In this document: piece by piece, positions 27,101-39,762 of the stretch
Numbering within the stretch: the stretch's first letter is position 1
How the letters are laid out: the number at the start of each line of letters is the position of its first letter
NCBI GenBank assembly: GCA_043228905.1
Contig: JBHGNT010000007.1
Span: 2,170,001 to 2,234,000 of the forward strand
Source of the DNA: Azolla caroliniana
Taxonomy: Eukaryota > Plantae > Polypodiophyta
Direction: 5' to 3'
DNA: 64,000 nt
Position numbers and translations under genes: made by a program
Notes under the pieces: generated by a model
What the model was told of the DNA's origin: nothing
The model's database searches: none
Seen by the model: the letters and a program-made list of their open reading frames with translations, nothing else

Positions 27101-29038
27101 CGGATAAAGTAAAGGCAATCCTGGATGCCACCGCACCCTCGAACGCTAAGGCACTAAGCCGTTTTTTGGGACAGATACGGTAGCACAGCCGAATGATACG
27201 ACACTTGGCCGATTTCGCGACACCCTTACACGCGGCAGTCCATCGCCTTCCTTTCAGTTGAGGATACGGCTTATCAGACCCTGAAACGAATGTTGTCACA
27301 TGCCCCGGTGGTCCAGTCTCCGGTTTGGTTCGAACCGTTTCACGTCTTCGTAGATGCTTCGGACATCGCCATCGGAAGTGCTCTAATGCAATGCACACCC
27401 CCGAATTGGTATAGGCCCGTGTACTACGCCAGCCGACGGCTCTCGACCGCGGAAAAGAATTACTCCACCACCGAGTGGGAGGCCCTCGGAATGATTTATA
27501 GCATCAATAAATTTTGGCATTACCTCTTGGGCTGAAGATTTACCTTTCACGTGGATCACTCGGCCCTTATTTATTTGGTCAATAAACAAGCCCTCACCGG
27601 ATGGTTGGCTCGGTGGATGCTCCTACTACAAGAGTTTGATTTTCAGATTCAGAATCGACCCGGGGTACAACATGCCGTCGCCGACTACTTGAGCCGTCTT
27701 GAGTCGGGAGAACTGGCGAAAACAACGTACGACGAACTACCGGACGCCAGCCTATTTAACCTGATCACGGTACCAGACGATAACGGAGATGAATGGATCA
27801 CGGAGATGACCCATTTTCTCAATACCGGTGTACCTCCCGAGCACATGACCCTGGACACGAGAAAACGCCTAGCAGTGCGTAGCTGGAATTTTTGCCTTGT
27901 CTCGGATATTCTCTACCACAAAGGCTCGGACGGCATATGGTGCCGAGCGATTCGGCAATTCGAGAAGAACGCCGTTCTTCAGGAAGCCCACAAGGGAGTA
28001 GCTGGGGGACACTATGCCGGGGATTCCACGGCAAGGAAAGTTTGGCAAAGTGGATTATGGTGGCCGACAACAAAGAAAGACGCTCACGAGTTTTGCCGGC
28101 AGTGCGATTTGTGTCAAGGTCTGGGGCAACGAATGGAACAGTCACGGATGCCACACCAGCCGATTCTTCCGTTGGACCCATTTCAAAAATGGGGTTTGGA
28201 TTTTGTAGGTCCTTTCAAACCACCTGCGGCCCGAACAGGGAATAGATATATTATCGTTGCCACGGATTACTGCACCAAATGGGTCGAGGCTAAGGCACTC
28301 CGAGATAACACGGCGGCATCCACGGCTAAATTTGTGTACGAGCACCTCTGTTGCCGTTACAGATGTCCAATCGAGCTCGTTAGTGACCAAGGTGGGCACT
28401 TCATCATTCATATAATACGTGAGCTTACACACCACTACGCGGTGGTGCACAAGAAAAGCACACCATACTACCCGCAGGCAAACGGTTTGGCAGAATCGAC
28501 AAATAAAATCCTCCAAACCATACTGAAGAAGATCGTCAATGAAAACAGGACCGATTGGGATGACAAACTCTAGAGCGCGCTGTGGGCGTATCGTACGACT
28601 TTCAAAACAAGCATCCAATCGACGCCCTTTCGAATGGCGTTCGGTTTAGAAGTCGTAATGCCCGTCGAGTTCCAAGTTCTGAGCCTCCGAGTTCAAGTCA
28701 AAGCACGGCTCCCCGAGGTTGAATCCGAGCAATACCGGCTGGAACAACTCGAACTCGAGGAAGATAGGATAGAGAGTATGGCCCAGCTCGAACAACGCCA
28801 ACGGCAACGCAAGGCTTTCGTGGATCGACATCGACATGGACTGGAGAAGGAGCTCACCATCGGCAAACTAGTTCTTCTTTTCCAAACACGACTCGGGTCA
28901 ATGCCGGGAAAATTAAGATTTCGGTGGACCGGTCCATTCTGGATTATGGACGAGTTCAACGGGACGTTCCAGCTCGGCACACTCGCCGGCGACACGGTCA
29001 AGAGCTGGGCCAATGGTTTTCGGCTTAGAGCATATTGA
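24169..29038 (+). pseudogene. gag-pol of G
   Basis: Three CCHC knuckles, protease IIDGGSGVNVI, RT FLDGFSGYNQI...VFLDDF, RH FVDASD, IN WGLDFVGP...SDQGGHF...QANGLAE, GPF. In-frame stops and a frameshift. Confidence 0.92.
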
Positions 29039-29712
29039 GGGACTACACCACCCAACCCGTTTACCAAGCCACACGGCACCAACGAGACTGGGGAGATCAC
29101 CACGGAGGACGCCACGTGTTCCCCTGCATAAGGACTCACCCACCTTCTTGAAATTAATAAAAGTAGTAGTAGGTAGGATTAACCATAGTTTAGCCATTGT
29201 TTAGCTACACCTACACCACCCACCTAGGCACCCACAATTTTAGGAGCACCCCTCACCTCCACTCTTAGTTCAAGTTACCTTCAACTCTCTATGCTCCACC
29301 CCTCGCCACCACTTAGTTAGTACCTATTTAAGCTGTTCACACATGCAAACCACATGCAAAGAACTAGAAGCACCCCACTCACCTTCAGGACACGTGGTGC
29401 TAGTCACTTATTATGGCACTCACGACTCAGAATCTTTAGGATTCGTTGCAGGCACAAAACCCTAGGAATAAGTTACCAAAACCGTTTCCAAAACGCAGCA
29501 CAAACCATTATCGCTCTCCATCTCCATTGCTATCAAGATCAGAAACCCCATCTTTCCCTCATCACACGAAGCACTCTTGCTCTCAAGCCCTCTTCCGCTC
29601 TCATAACCTCTCTACTGGACTTCCACTTCCTGCTGCTCCTGCTGTAGCTCGCCCTCGCCTCATCACTTTGCTTCACGCTTCCACACAGTCGAACCCAGCC
29701 TCCATCTCCACT

Positions 29713-32700
29713 ATGCCTCTTACCGCCTCAGCAGAAACCCGTGCATGGCTCCAGGAACGAGGAATGGGCAGGTACCTAAAGATCATCGATGCCCCCGCGC
29801 ACCCAGATGCCCAAACTGTGGCGAAACGTATAAGTCCCGAAGCCATCACCAACAACGTGCTTCAGGCTGTTTTGGACCTGCAACGGGGAGGGGACCATGA
29901 GGTTGACATACCCCCGGCATCAAAGATGAAGGCGTACTTCGGTGAGTACTCAGCCACAAGGAAGGCATATCGCACGTATGGCGGGCCCAACAAAGCTTTC
30001 TGGGAGATTGCTCCTATCTTGATGGAGTATGCGTTCGTGCATACGAACCCAACGAGCATGCCGCAGAACAAGGCAGCCATCATCATCAACGCTTATGAAT
30101 GAAACAGAATCGATTGGGGAATCATCACAGGCGAAGGACTCCGTGTCGCCTTAGCTTCATTTCAGTCCGGTAAGAAGATGTTGTCTGTTCTTACCCACTT
30201 TTTGATGGTGCTATACCCACCCTCTTCGCTTCCTTCCCCTTGCGCACTCACGTCCCCACCACCACCACGGAAGCAAAGAGAGAAATTCGTGGCCATCAGC
30301 CACGAAGCATGGGAGGAGCCCACATCGCCTTCACCCCCTGCCGCCGACCAGAAAACCGCATCTACTCCACCACCCGCCCAACCCCAACAAAAAAGGGTAG
30401 TTTCCGAGACCTGCCAAGAAGGGGAGGGGGAGGTAGCCCCGGCAGACAACACGGCCGATGACGTCACCATTCGACAGCCAACGTTCCGCCCCTCGGTAAC
30501 GTCCCCAGGACCTAGCCCACGCTCCAACACACAGCAGGTTGCACCACCAAGACCCCAAAAAAGGAAGCAGGCGGAGGAAACGACACTACCGGCCCCGGAA
30601 CCCCAAACACAACCAAGCAAAAGAAGACGACTCAACCGCGAGTCCTCGGAAGAACAGAAGGAGCCACATCAGGAGCAAGCCTTAGTGGTCAGACAGAGCA
30701 ACCTGGCCATCACCCCTGCGGAGGCATCGTTGAACCAGGGAACGATCGAGCATGGGCAGACAACACAGATCTCAGAGGATGAAGTCCTCGAGTATAAGGA
30801 CCTCCCCGCAGAGGCTTACGAATTTAGTGCGCTCCTCCGCCTCGGTACGTCATTCGAGCTGGTCGACTTCCTCGCCAGAGCCCAAGTCGCGGCAGCCGCT
30901 CGGATGGCGGAAGAGCACGCCGAAACAAAAATGATTCAACGCGCGCTAATAGGTAAAATTGAGCCCCAGGAGGACAGGGCTTTACAAAAAATCGGGAGGA
31001 AGAAGCAGGCAAAACAGGCCGCTCTCCTCATGGAGGTCCCCGAGTTGAATACGGCCCTTATCGAGGCATATTGGGACCTGGATCGCACTACTCGGGCAGC
31101 CAAAGACATGGCCCGAAGATGTCTACAGAACTATGGCACGCTGCGAACCAGAAGATGGCAGCCTGGGAGCAAAACCGGCTGGAACAACAAGTCCCGAGCT
31201 TTCCAGTAACGACCACCGAGGCCCTCCCAGCACCTCCACGCATAACGATGATGGATGAAAGCACCATCACCGACTCCATCCTGAAGGTGTAGGCCAGTAC
31301 ACAAACGGACTCGTTACAAATGGTCAATGCCTGCACAACAACCGAGGCGGCCACGACCGTGGAGCAAACCGAACTACCCACACCGCGTGCAACCAAGGAG
31401 GTGGCAACCCAGATAGAACCCCCGCTTCGGGATTACCATGTGGAGCTTAAAGAAGAAGAACGGCGAACCGAGAGACACGAGCAACGAAATCAAGAGGCGA
31501 TGGCTCGCCTAAAAGAAGAAGCTTCCAAGCAGATGGCCGAGATAAGAGCCCAGGCCGACCAAAGGATACACGAGCAAAACGAAGCACTAGGCCGGGTACA
31601 AGCGCAAGCCGCGGCCAAGGAAGCCGAACTCAAAAGCAAGCTGGAGGAATACGCAGCCATAGTGGTGAAGAAAGAGACGGAGGTTCTAGACCTACAGGCC
31701 GCACTCGACAATGCACACGACTGGAACCAGCGGCAGGAGGAAAGAAATCGTGAACGGGAGGAGAGGATGAACGCGGAGAATGTCGAGCTGCAGAGTCAGC
31801 GTACGACCCTTAAAGAGATGGCTGACGATTTTTTCATCAAATGCAAGCTACTTTCGGAGCAAAAAGACGCCTTATCGGATTCCTACTTCGCCCTTCAAGA
31901 AGAGAGAATCGTCGAACGGGAACAAATTCGGGCCACGTGTCAGAAAGAACGGGAGCAGGCCACCGAAGAACTCACCAAGCGTTACGAGCAGGCTCTCCAG
32001 CTCGTAACCGCGGATGCAAAGAACAGTCAGGCCATCTATGAGCTAAGGACACAGAAGATTCAGGCCGAGGTCGACGGCTTAAAACAGGAATTAGCAGCCA
32101 TCCGAGCACAGCCCGGCATGGATGAGACACGCATCCACATACTGCTCGAGAAACAGCGCCAACACCTTACCAAAAAGGTCGAGGAAACATTAAGTCGCGC
32201 AGGAGACGAATGGGCAGCCCAAGCTGCCGAATTGCATATTTTACGCGCCGACGCCGAGAACCGACGGAAGGAGGGCCGCGGCTTCTACAAAATGGACAAA
32301 GCCAGCATTCAAAACCTGCGTGCAGATTTAACCAAGGATTACCAGTCCCTAGCAAAATCTCACACCGCGGCAATCGAGCAAATAATGGAGGACTTCAATG
32401 ACGGTCAGATGCTGTTTCGCTTGGAAGCAGAAGGCTTCGAACGAGAACGACTCGCAGCCATCCCCACCAGCCCTCAACGGCCACAGAGCAGAAAGAAGAA
32501 CCTCCCAGCGAGGAGATCACGGACACGGCATAGGAGGAACTTGCCTTGGCCAACAGACATCCCATGGACGTCCACACGGTACCAAAGCCTGTCGAAGGAG
32601 AGGCCAGCGGCCACGAACCCACACCCCCACCAGAAGAATCGGCCGCACCCGAGGCAGACGCCCGAAAAGATATGCCACCCCCGAACCAAACTCAACCCCC

Positions 32701-32779
32701 CGCACCGACAGTCCAACCAGACCACCCTGCCACCACCCCGGACCCCGAAAGCATCCTCAACATCTTAAAGGAGGAATGA
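29713..32779 (+). pseudogene. Extra sense ORF of G (about 1000 aa: globular N-terminus, Pro-rich linker, long coiled coil)
   Basis: Adjacent ORFs 29446-30102, 30178-31209, 31320-32768 and 32546-32779 join across stops and frameshifts. E/K/Q/R-rich helical C-terminal half. Confidence 0.7.
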
Positions 32780-33445
32780 AACGAGGATCACGCCTAAAAG
32801 GCAATTTTTGTAATATTGTTAGTATTTTGTAAGTCGTGGGTCCGACGGAAAAGGTCTTGTCCCACGGGCGTGCCAGGTGTTGTCCAGAGGACAGAAATGT
32901 AAAATTAGGAAATTAGCAAATGCCAAGGCCGAGTATCACGGGCCACCGATGGCTCGACGGTGTGTTAGGGGAAAAGTTATTTAAATGAGGAGCAGTACCT
33001 CAGAAAGGGAGAGAAGAAAATTATAGGCGGAAGCACTAGCTTAGTCACTCGTATTAGATAAACTCGTAGGGTCACCGGCCATAGGCGGTGTTCTGTAATC
33101 CTTTTTTACCATAGTAATATATCTTAATTGCGCCTATTTTGCTACATGAGTCTGTGTTTCGATCTATACCTATGAGTTTCACGCCGCCACGTCTATCAAA
33201 ACCTCGCTAGTGTTTTCTCTCTGAGCCCTGTATCTCTCTCGACGCCTCTGTACGAGCCGTCACGTACCATGCCCTTGAGACCGATAGACGCAGATCTATT
33301 GAAGGTGTTCACCCAAAGGAACAGGTAACACTTACCATGACTTGGGCTAGGAACACATTGCTAGCTTGCTTGGAGGGAATGGAACCACTAATGGGTTGTA
33401 CAGATCTAGGACTGTCCAACCAAACGGCTCCGATTTTGGTTGGAT

Positions 33446-34411
33446 TCAATCGTTTAATTCTTCACCTAATTGACTAAGGATTTCAAATTTGTTTGAGATA
33501 CTTGTGCTATTAGTACTATTAATACTATCAGACACTCTATTAGTACTATGAATACTATTAGACACTCCTAAGGGAAGAATTGACTCGGGTTTAGTACAGG
33601 CCACGATTTGATTTACCTGTCTTCTTGGCCTGTGGGGACAATTGATTGCGATATGCCCTGGTCCACCGCAATAAAGACATAATAAATTTGCACGACGTCG
33701 TTGCTTTTCTTCTTCCGATAACGGGCTACGTTGATGCATGGTGTCAATCTCCATCGGTGTCGGAGTATTTGCTTGGGGTACGTCGCGTGCGAATGCTTTA
33801 GCCATGATTGAGGCATATGTGGGCTCCGGCCTAGAGCGTGGTATTTGTAATTGACGTTTGGAACGCCGTTCGAAAAGGCGGTTGTCACATCGGACTATTC
33901 GACTGATTGCCTCCGTAAGAGACTTTGGTTCTTCGGGGAAGGTTAAAAGTAAATCTTTTACATCGTTTCGCACGCTGTAGCGAAATTGCTCCATTAATGC
34001 CTGATCATCCCAGGGGATATCGGAGGCGAGTAGACAAAAATCCGCCGCGTAGGCAGAGGCTGGACGATCGCCTTGACGCAATCGTCGGATCTTGTTGATC
34101 GCCGTCCTGATGCTGTCGGTGTCTCCAAAGCAAGCTTTAAACTCACTAATAAAATCTTCAAAGCTATTAAGTAAGGGCGATTGTTTTTCTAGAAGCGGAG
34201 TGAACCATGCTAAGGTTGAGCCGCTAAGCAACGTGCCTAGTAGGCCGACTCGGGATGCATCAGTGGGGTATAGGGAAGGATGCATTTGGACAACTAATCG
34301 TACCTGATTAAGGAATCCCCTGAATTGCGATCGCGTTCCATCAAATTTCACAGGAAGTCTAATCTTTGGCTCTTTATGACATCCTTGGGGACTTGATCCT
34401 TGTTGTTGCAA
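33446..34411 (-). CDS. Gag of chromovirus F
   Basis: 321-aa ORF with LPVKFDGTRSQFRGFLNQV, PTPMEID and Zn knuckle CLYCGGPGHIAINC. Confidence 0.9.
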   Translation of the reverse strand: MQQQGSSPQGCHKEPKIRLPVKFDGTRSQFRGFLNQVRLVVQMHPSLYPTDASRVGLLGTLLSGSTLAWFTPLLEKQSPLLNSFEDFISEFKACFGDTDSIRTAINKIRRLRQGDRPASAYAADFCLLASDIPWDDQALMEQFRYSVRNDVKDLLLTFPEEPKSLTEAISRIVRCDNRLFERRSKRQLQIPRSRPEPTYASIMAKAFARDVPQANTPTPMEIDTMHQRSPLSEEEKQRRRANLLCLYCGGPGHIAINCPHRPRRQVNQIVACTKPESILPLGVSNSIHSTNRVSDSINSTNSTSISNKFEILSQLGEELND

Positions 34412-35849
34412 TGTTGCTTTGAGTTGTTGTACTCATAATGCTAACTCCCCATGTTGTTGCTGTGTTTGTTGTTTTTGTAGAGCGATTTGTTGTAGATCCC
34501 CTATCAACTGTTGGTTTTCTTGTTCCAAGGCAACAAATTTTTCTTTTTGGCACTGTAGCTCGGAGAAAAACAATAGCCATAGTATAGGGAAAAGGGTAGG
34601 AGGATGAGGGAGAACGACAAGTAGGCTTGAGGACCAAAATTGGTTCAAACTGTCAGGAATAGTACTAAGTAGAGAGAGAATTGGTACTAAAGAAGAGAAG
34701 TACTATTAGTACTAAGAGGATGGGACTGTGTAAGATTCCCGAGAGAGAAAGAGAGAAGAGGAGAGAGAGATAGCGAGGATGAGAGAGAGAGGGATGATGA
34801 TAACAGCTAATATATTATGTGAAGGATAAGTACAAAGTGGCTAAGAGGCTTAAGACTGGCGTTGAACCAATTTGGTTCAAAACAATGCCTTGTGCCTCCT
34901 TTTATAGTGCTCTTAGGAGTAGTCTTGAAGCTTCTAGAATGTTCTAGCGAAATCTGGAATATACATTAATTTCTTATAATAAAACATAAATGAAAATTAT
35001 ATCCTACAAAATACAATAGATGGTGTGATAATTAAGAGCTCGACCCATATACAATAAGGTCATGGGTTCGAGTCTTGCCATATCATGACATCCGCTCGAC
35101 ATTGCCAACTAACAACAAGCTATCCAAGAGAAAATGTTCGAAGACAAAGACGGAGAAGGTGAAGGTTTTTATGATGAAGGTCCTCTATGCCTCAACAGCC
35201 AGAAGCCTTCTGTATACGATGGTATGTACCAAGTTGGACATCGGATACGTGGTCGAAGTCGTCTGCCGATTGTGTGCCTCTGATACTCTAGGGTTGCAGT
35301 CTAGTGGATACTCTAGTACCTAAGAGGCACCTCTAGTGTGTGCCTGCGATTCAGCTCAAGTAACCCTTTGCTTGAAGGTTTTACTAACTCAAACATGTCG
35401 ACTGATGTGGATACCAGCTGGTCCACATCCCAGTAAGTAATGACATATGCAGGGGGAGCCATCTTGTGGCAATCGAGGTTGCAGAAGGTTGTCGCACTAT
35501 CAACTACGGAAGCGGAGTATATGGCCACGATAGAAGCCAACAAGGAGATAATCTAGATGAAGGAGTTCATCAGAGAGTCGGGGATTCAGCAAGAAGATTT
35601 CTGACTCTATTGCGACAACCAAAGTGTCATTCCCTTATGAAGAATGCCGCCTACCAGTCGAGGACCAAACACATGCGAGAGAAGATACCACTGGCTTAGG
35701 GTGACGGTGGAAGAAAAGGATTTTGGTTTGATGAAGATCCACACGGAAGGAAATGGATCCGACATGAGTGTTGTTGGCAGAGAAGTTGAGTGTGTGCCGA
35801 CAAAGAGTTAGACTAGTGAACTACCCCATCTCGGAGTGAAGGGGGAGTT

Positions 35850-36426
35850 TGTTAGAAAACAGGTCCCTCCGGATGGGAAGTAAGCACGAATCGGATTGGA
35901 GTCCGGAGAACCATCCATGGATAAGGAGGAGTCATAACTGGATGGAGGAGCACGAGCTAGATCAGATAGATCTGAAGTAGAAGGAAACCATATCCAGAGC
36001 CAGATCGGATTCGGAAACACGTCCAATAGGATCCGGATGAAGCATTCGGAAATGGCTAATTTTCTAAAATGGTTTCGTAATGCCTATTTAGGCCAGATTT
36101 GTAAATAACCCAAAAAGTTGTATTAGTATAAATACAACTAGGACGGAACTTTTTTGTGTGAGAAGAAACATTAAGTGTATAGGAGAGTGTGAGCGAGAGA
36201 GTGTAGTATATCTATAACCGTCGAGCTGACGAAGAAGAACTCAAGGTAGTTGCCTTAGAGTTTCTTATTTGTATTCCTCCTGCATATATTGACATGGTTT
36301 TGTGGACTCCCATGGTTTTTCCCATTCAAGGTTTTCCACGTTAAAATCTTGTGTCTATACGTTTAGTCCTCTGTTATTCCCTCTCGCGCTTGAAGTTTGG
36401 TTGTGGCCAAACCCATTGATCTAACA
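35850..36426 (+). repeat. 3' LTR of copia A
   Basis: TGTTAG...CTAACA termini directly after the PPT. Start resembles the LTRs of B and D (GGTCCCTCCGGATGGGA). Confidence 0.8.
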
Positions 36427-38264
36427 ATCAACCCAAACATATTAGTTATATGGTTCATGCTTGTAAAACATCTCCAAAACTCATTCCACCACATACATTA
36501 AGATCATGATCCTGGAGCTTTAGGGAACTAAAGCTTTTGTTTTTGCTGAGGTATTGATAATAGGAATTGACCCATGTTCGCAATCACAATTTGTCTCATG
36601 GATCAATTTTGGCCTCTAGTAGACTTGAATGTATCGATCTTTCTTCTCTCCCAATCGCCATAACTTTGGTAATATACTTGTAATAGCTTGCCTATGATTC
36701 TTGCGAAGACTCAAGGGATTAGAGTTCTATTGCAAGTTGGGGTTAACTTACCAATGTTTTTCAATGTGATATCTTTTGAACATCACCTAGTAGTTGAAAT
36801 CTCTAGCTAGTTTAGAATATTGGTCAAATACCGTTGCTTCTTATGAAATTGAAATCTTGTGTGCTAGGTATGTATGTACTCGACATGTGTTTTGTAATAG
36901 GGCAATGATGACTCAGAGGTACATAGTGCATCGAGTATTAAGAACAATGTTATGTTGTTATGGCTCATCCTCCATTGTGAGGCCCATTAGCAAGTCATGT
37001 TGACTTGCAAGCCCATTAGTTCTTCTACCATCTTTTTCTTCCTTTCCTTTAGATAGAACAACTAATGTTTCTTTTCTTCTTTAAGATTGTCCGAGATTGA
37101 AGTGAGCTTGTGCCATTTCAGTGGAGGCATCATCTGTTTGACCTATTTTTGATTTGTCCCTAAAGGCTTCTCATGGAACAAGGCACCATTTCTCACAAAT
37201 CAATGATCATTTTACAATTTTTACTATTGGGTAGTGATATTGGTTTTTTGTTCCATTAGAATGATGTTGGTGACGGTCGACGATTTGAAGTTTTCCCCAT
37301 TGTTTGGTGATTGTGAAACTTCAAGGACATCTTTGATAATGACTCTTAATTTGAAAACTGACTAATCTTTAAAAACCTCCACTTAAAAACTCTATCAATA
37401 AGCTCAGAGTGGGTACCCCAAGGGTCAATGCATAAGAATTCGCAATTTCTCGGGGCATAGTACCACAACTAAGGAAATCGTAATCAACACATTGTATTAC
37501 AAAAGCTTGGCTTTTCGAAAACAAATGTGTGTGAGTTTGGTCGGCATCATGATCATCATGACATGCGCATGGCACAATTATTCCAGAGCATATCAATGTT
37601 GTGGCACTTCATCAAGATCTCCCTTCCCATCTCCATCTTAGACTTTAACCGCCAAGCATTCGTCCGCATCAATGACTTGGAGTCATGATGCAAGTTCCTT
37701 GTTCAACTTAACTACAACATGTGTAATATACTTAACTTATGCAAGCTAGTATTCATTTACCTCTAGCTACTCTTTGAAAACCTTCATTACCATTTTGCCA
37801 TTTCATGAAGAGTATCAACTTAGAAACCTATTAGTTACCCAGAAGAGCGGGGGCAGTGCATATGAAATATTTGACCCCAAATTGTGCAAACATTGGAAAT
37901 ATGTGTGATGGCATACAAGCCAATTGTGGTGCATAGTACCTTAGTTTTGTCTTACATCATTCATTAAGGACATAGTGTCAAATTTGAGGCTATTCCAAGC
38001 ACTTAAGATGTCCATATTCCTTAGAATGAAGACATTGCTTGCATTCATACGTAATATTCACATTCTTTTGCTCAAACATTTGTTTTCATACGTTTGCAAA
38101 CAAATGGGTATGTTATGAAAACATATTTGTGTTTTTTTCTTTTTGATGTTTCTTTTTTCTCACTTTATTACCTTAAAAAAAGTTGTATCTTAGTAAATAA
38201 TGAATATAAAAGTATGGACCTATTTACCATACTTTGAGCATGTTAAACATACTTGTTCATGAAG

Positions 38265-39206
38265 AATTTCCGTCAACTTCTTTTAAGTACTTTTGATCTT
38301 CGATGTGTAATCAGCCACCGACAAATCGCGTTGTCGCAAATTGCTCAACTCCTGTCGGAGTTGGAGCTTTCTAGTTGTGGTGCTTGCGGTGAAAATCATT
38401 TTCAGATTTCCCCAAGCATCCTTTGGTGTTTTCGCATCCCGAATGTAGCTTAGAAGTTGTTCGCCCACATAAGACACGAAGCAGTAGAGGACTCTACTCG
38501 CCGACTGTTCTCATGTTGGGAAATCTCTATGTGTCGAATCGGGTGATGTGTCATTTGCTTCGTCGACGTAGCTCCAGTAACCGTGCCCGAGCAAGTACTG
38601 GTGCATCTTGTAAGACCAAGACGCGTAGTTGTTTCTGTCGAGTTTCTCTGTGGGAAGCGAGCTAGCCATGCCTCTATCCATTTTGTTTTTCCTATTCTTT
38701 ACGAAGGTTAGGTTTTCTTCTTTGAGCTAAGGTCGGTTGCAGAGGTTCTCAACCCTCGCGCTCTGATACCATGTAAAAAGAATAACGTGCGGAATCAATC
38801 GAAAACCGAACAAAGAAACACAAGTTTAATGGAGAGCTTGAATATACACAGTACGCGGGAGAGAGAGAGAGAGAGAGAATGCACACAAACTCAATTCAAA
38901 AAATAATACTCAATCTATACATAGGATGTGCTCAGCGAGCACTTTTATACAAGTCCATATGGACTGACAAAAGTACTGACACGTACTTCAATGCTCATAA
39001 GTGAGCTCTACACTAACTCCCAAAATATATTCCTATGCAGAATATCTTTCCAACGGCCTCACGGTTTACACACCGCTACGGCTTCTCGTTGCGTACCGAT
39101 ATGTGCACCCGTTTACGCACCGGTCCAACCTAACCGATCGATCCCAACTGATCCGGTTCTCGGCTTGCACAGCCGATCCGGCCTATGTTGAGCTTGTATC
39201 TCAACA
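38265..39206 (-). mobile_element. Truncated Ty1/copia (5' LTR 38772-39206, tRNA-iMet PBS 38760-38771, partial gag)
   Basis: GCTCTGATACCA next to TG...CA. The ORF YIRDAKTPKDAWGNLK...LQLRQELSNLRQ is copia-gag like. Confidence 0.8.
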
Positions 39207-39341
39207 TATACGTAGCATATATATACATATAAATATAAATACAACTAATTATAAATTGCCTTTAGCCTATTCGGCGTTCAACCGACTCAATGTTGTGGGC
39301 TCCAGTTGAGTGGACAAGCCCCAACAGTTCTCCCCCTCCGA
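39207..39341 (-). mobile_element. PPT and start of a 3' LTR from another LTR element
   Basis: Minus strand reads GGAGGGGGAGAAC|TGTTGGGG at 39326. Confidence 0.45.
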
Positions 39342-39676
39342 GAAGCGACAAGGAGCAATGGGTAACAACCAAGGAACAGGGAGTAGCGATGAAGGAAAGC
39401 AACAAGCAGCGCGTGAAGAAGGAACAGGAAGCATGAAGAAGGAAGCAAGAAAAGAGAAAACAGGGGGTAAATAGAAAGAAGGGGGAATTTGGGAATGAAA
39501 CATTGGAAGAAATATACAATATAAATATTTTCATATACTATAAAAAATAGCCGGCTCATCCGGCTAGATTCCAATTGGTCGGAAATCCTGGCCAGAATCG
39601 ATTCCGGCTATCCATAATGGTTGTTGTCAGTTGGCAAAAGTCCTGACTCCCTATTCAACCTTTGCCCAACACTATA

Positions 39677-39729
39677 ATATATATATATATATACATACAT
39701 ACATACATACATACATACTAATACATACA

Positions 39730-39761
<32 letters not shown>
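39677..39761. repeat. (AT)n(ACAT)n microsatellite; (GT)n at 40142-40173
   Basis: Read directly from the sequence. Confidence 0.95.

Positions 39762-39762
<1 letters not shown>

Larger units (their letters stand above)
23525..33330 (+). mobile_element. Non-chromoviral Ty3/gypsy element G with a long 3' extra ORF
   Basis: 453-bp LTRs 23525-23977 and 32878-33330 (TGTT...AACA, roughly 4% diverged by eye). TSD CTAAC / CTTAC. PBS TGGCACGCCCGGT (tRNA-Arg type) at 23983-23995. Confidence 0.93.
19711..35090 (-). mobile_element. Ty3/gypsy chromovirus F (Tcn1/Tf1-like)
   Basis: LTRs 19711-20139 and 34651-35090 (TGTCA...TGACA). PPT complement at 20140-20152. gag and pol with chromodomain. Degenerate TSD TCAGT / TCCGC. 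Confidence 0.93.
1434..36426 (+). mobile_element. Decayed Ty1/copia element A, host of the nest (pieces 1434-2263, 17888-19110, 35091-35849; 3' LTR 35850-36426)
   Basis: GAG-pre-integrase (ELWHKRLCHMSEKG) and integrase end at ...KEMS and resume at YRHLRVFG after 17888. RT follows ([20 protein letters not shown]), then RT/RNase H after 35091, a PPT GAAGGGGGAG and an LTR TGTTAG...CTAACA. Many stops and frameshifts. Confidence 0.85.

Noticed and set aside
29713-32779. env gene
   Set aside because: No signal peptide, transmembrane helix or fusion-protein features are visible.
36427-38260. Gene or TE in the AT-rich stretch
   Set aside because: No ORF, terminal repeat or motif I can support. Probably very old TE debris.
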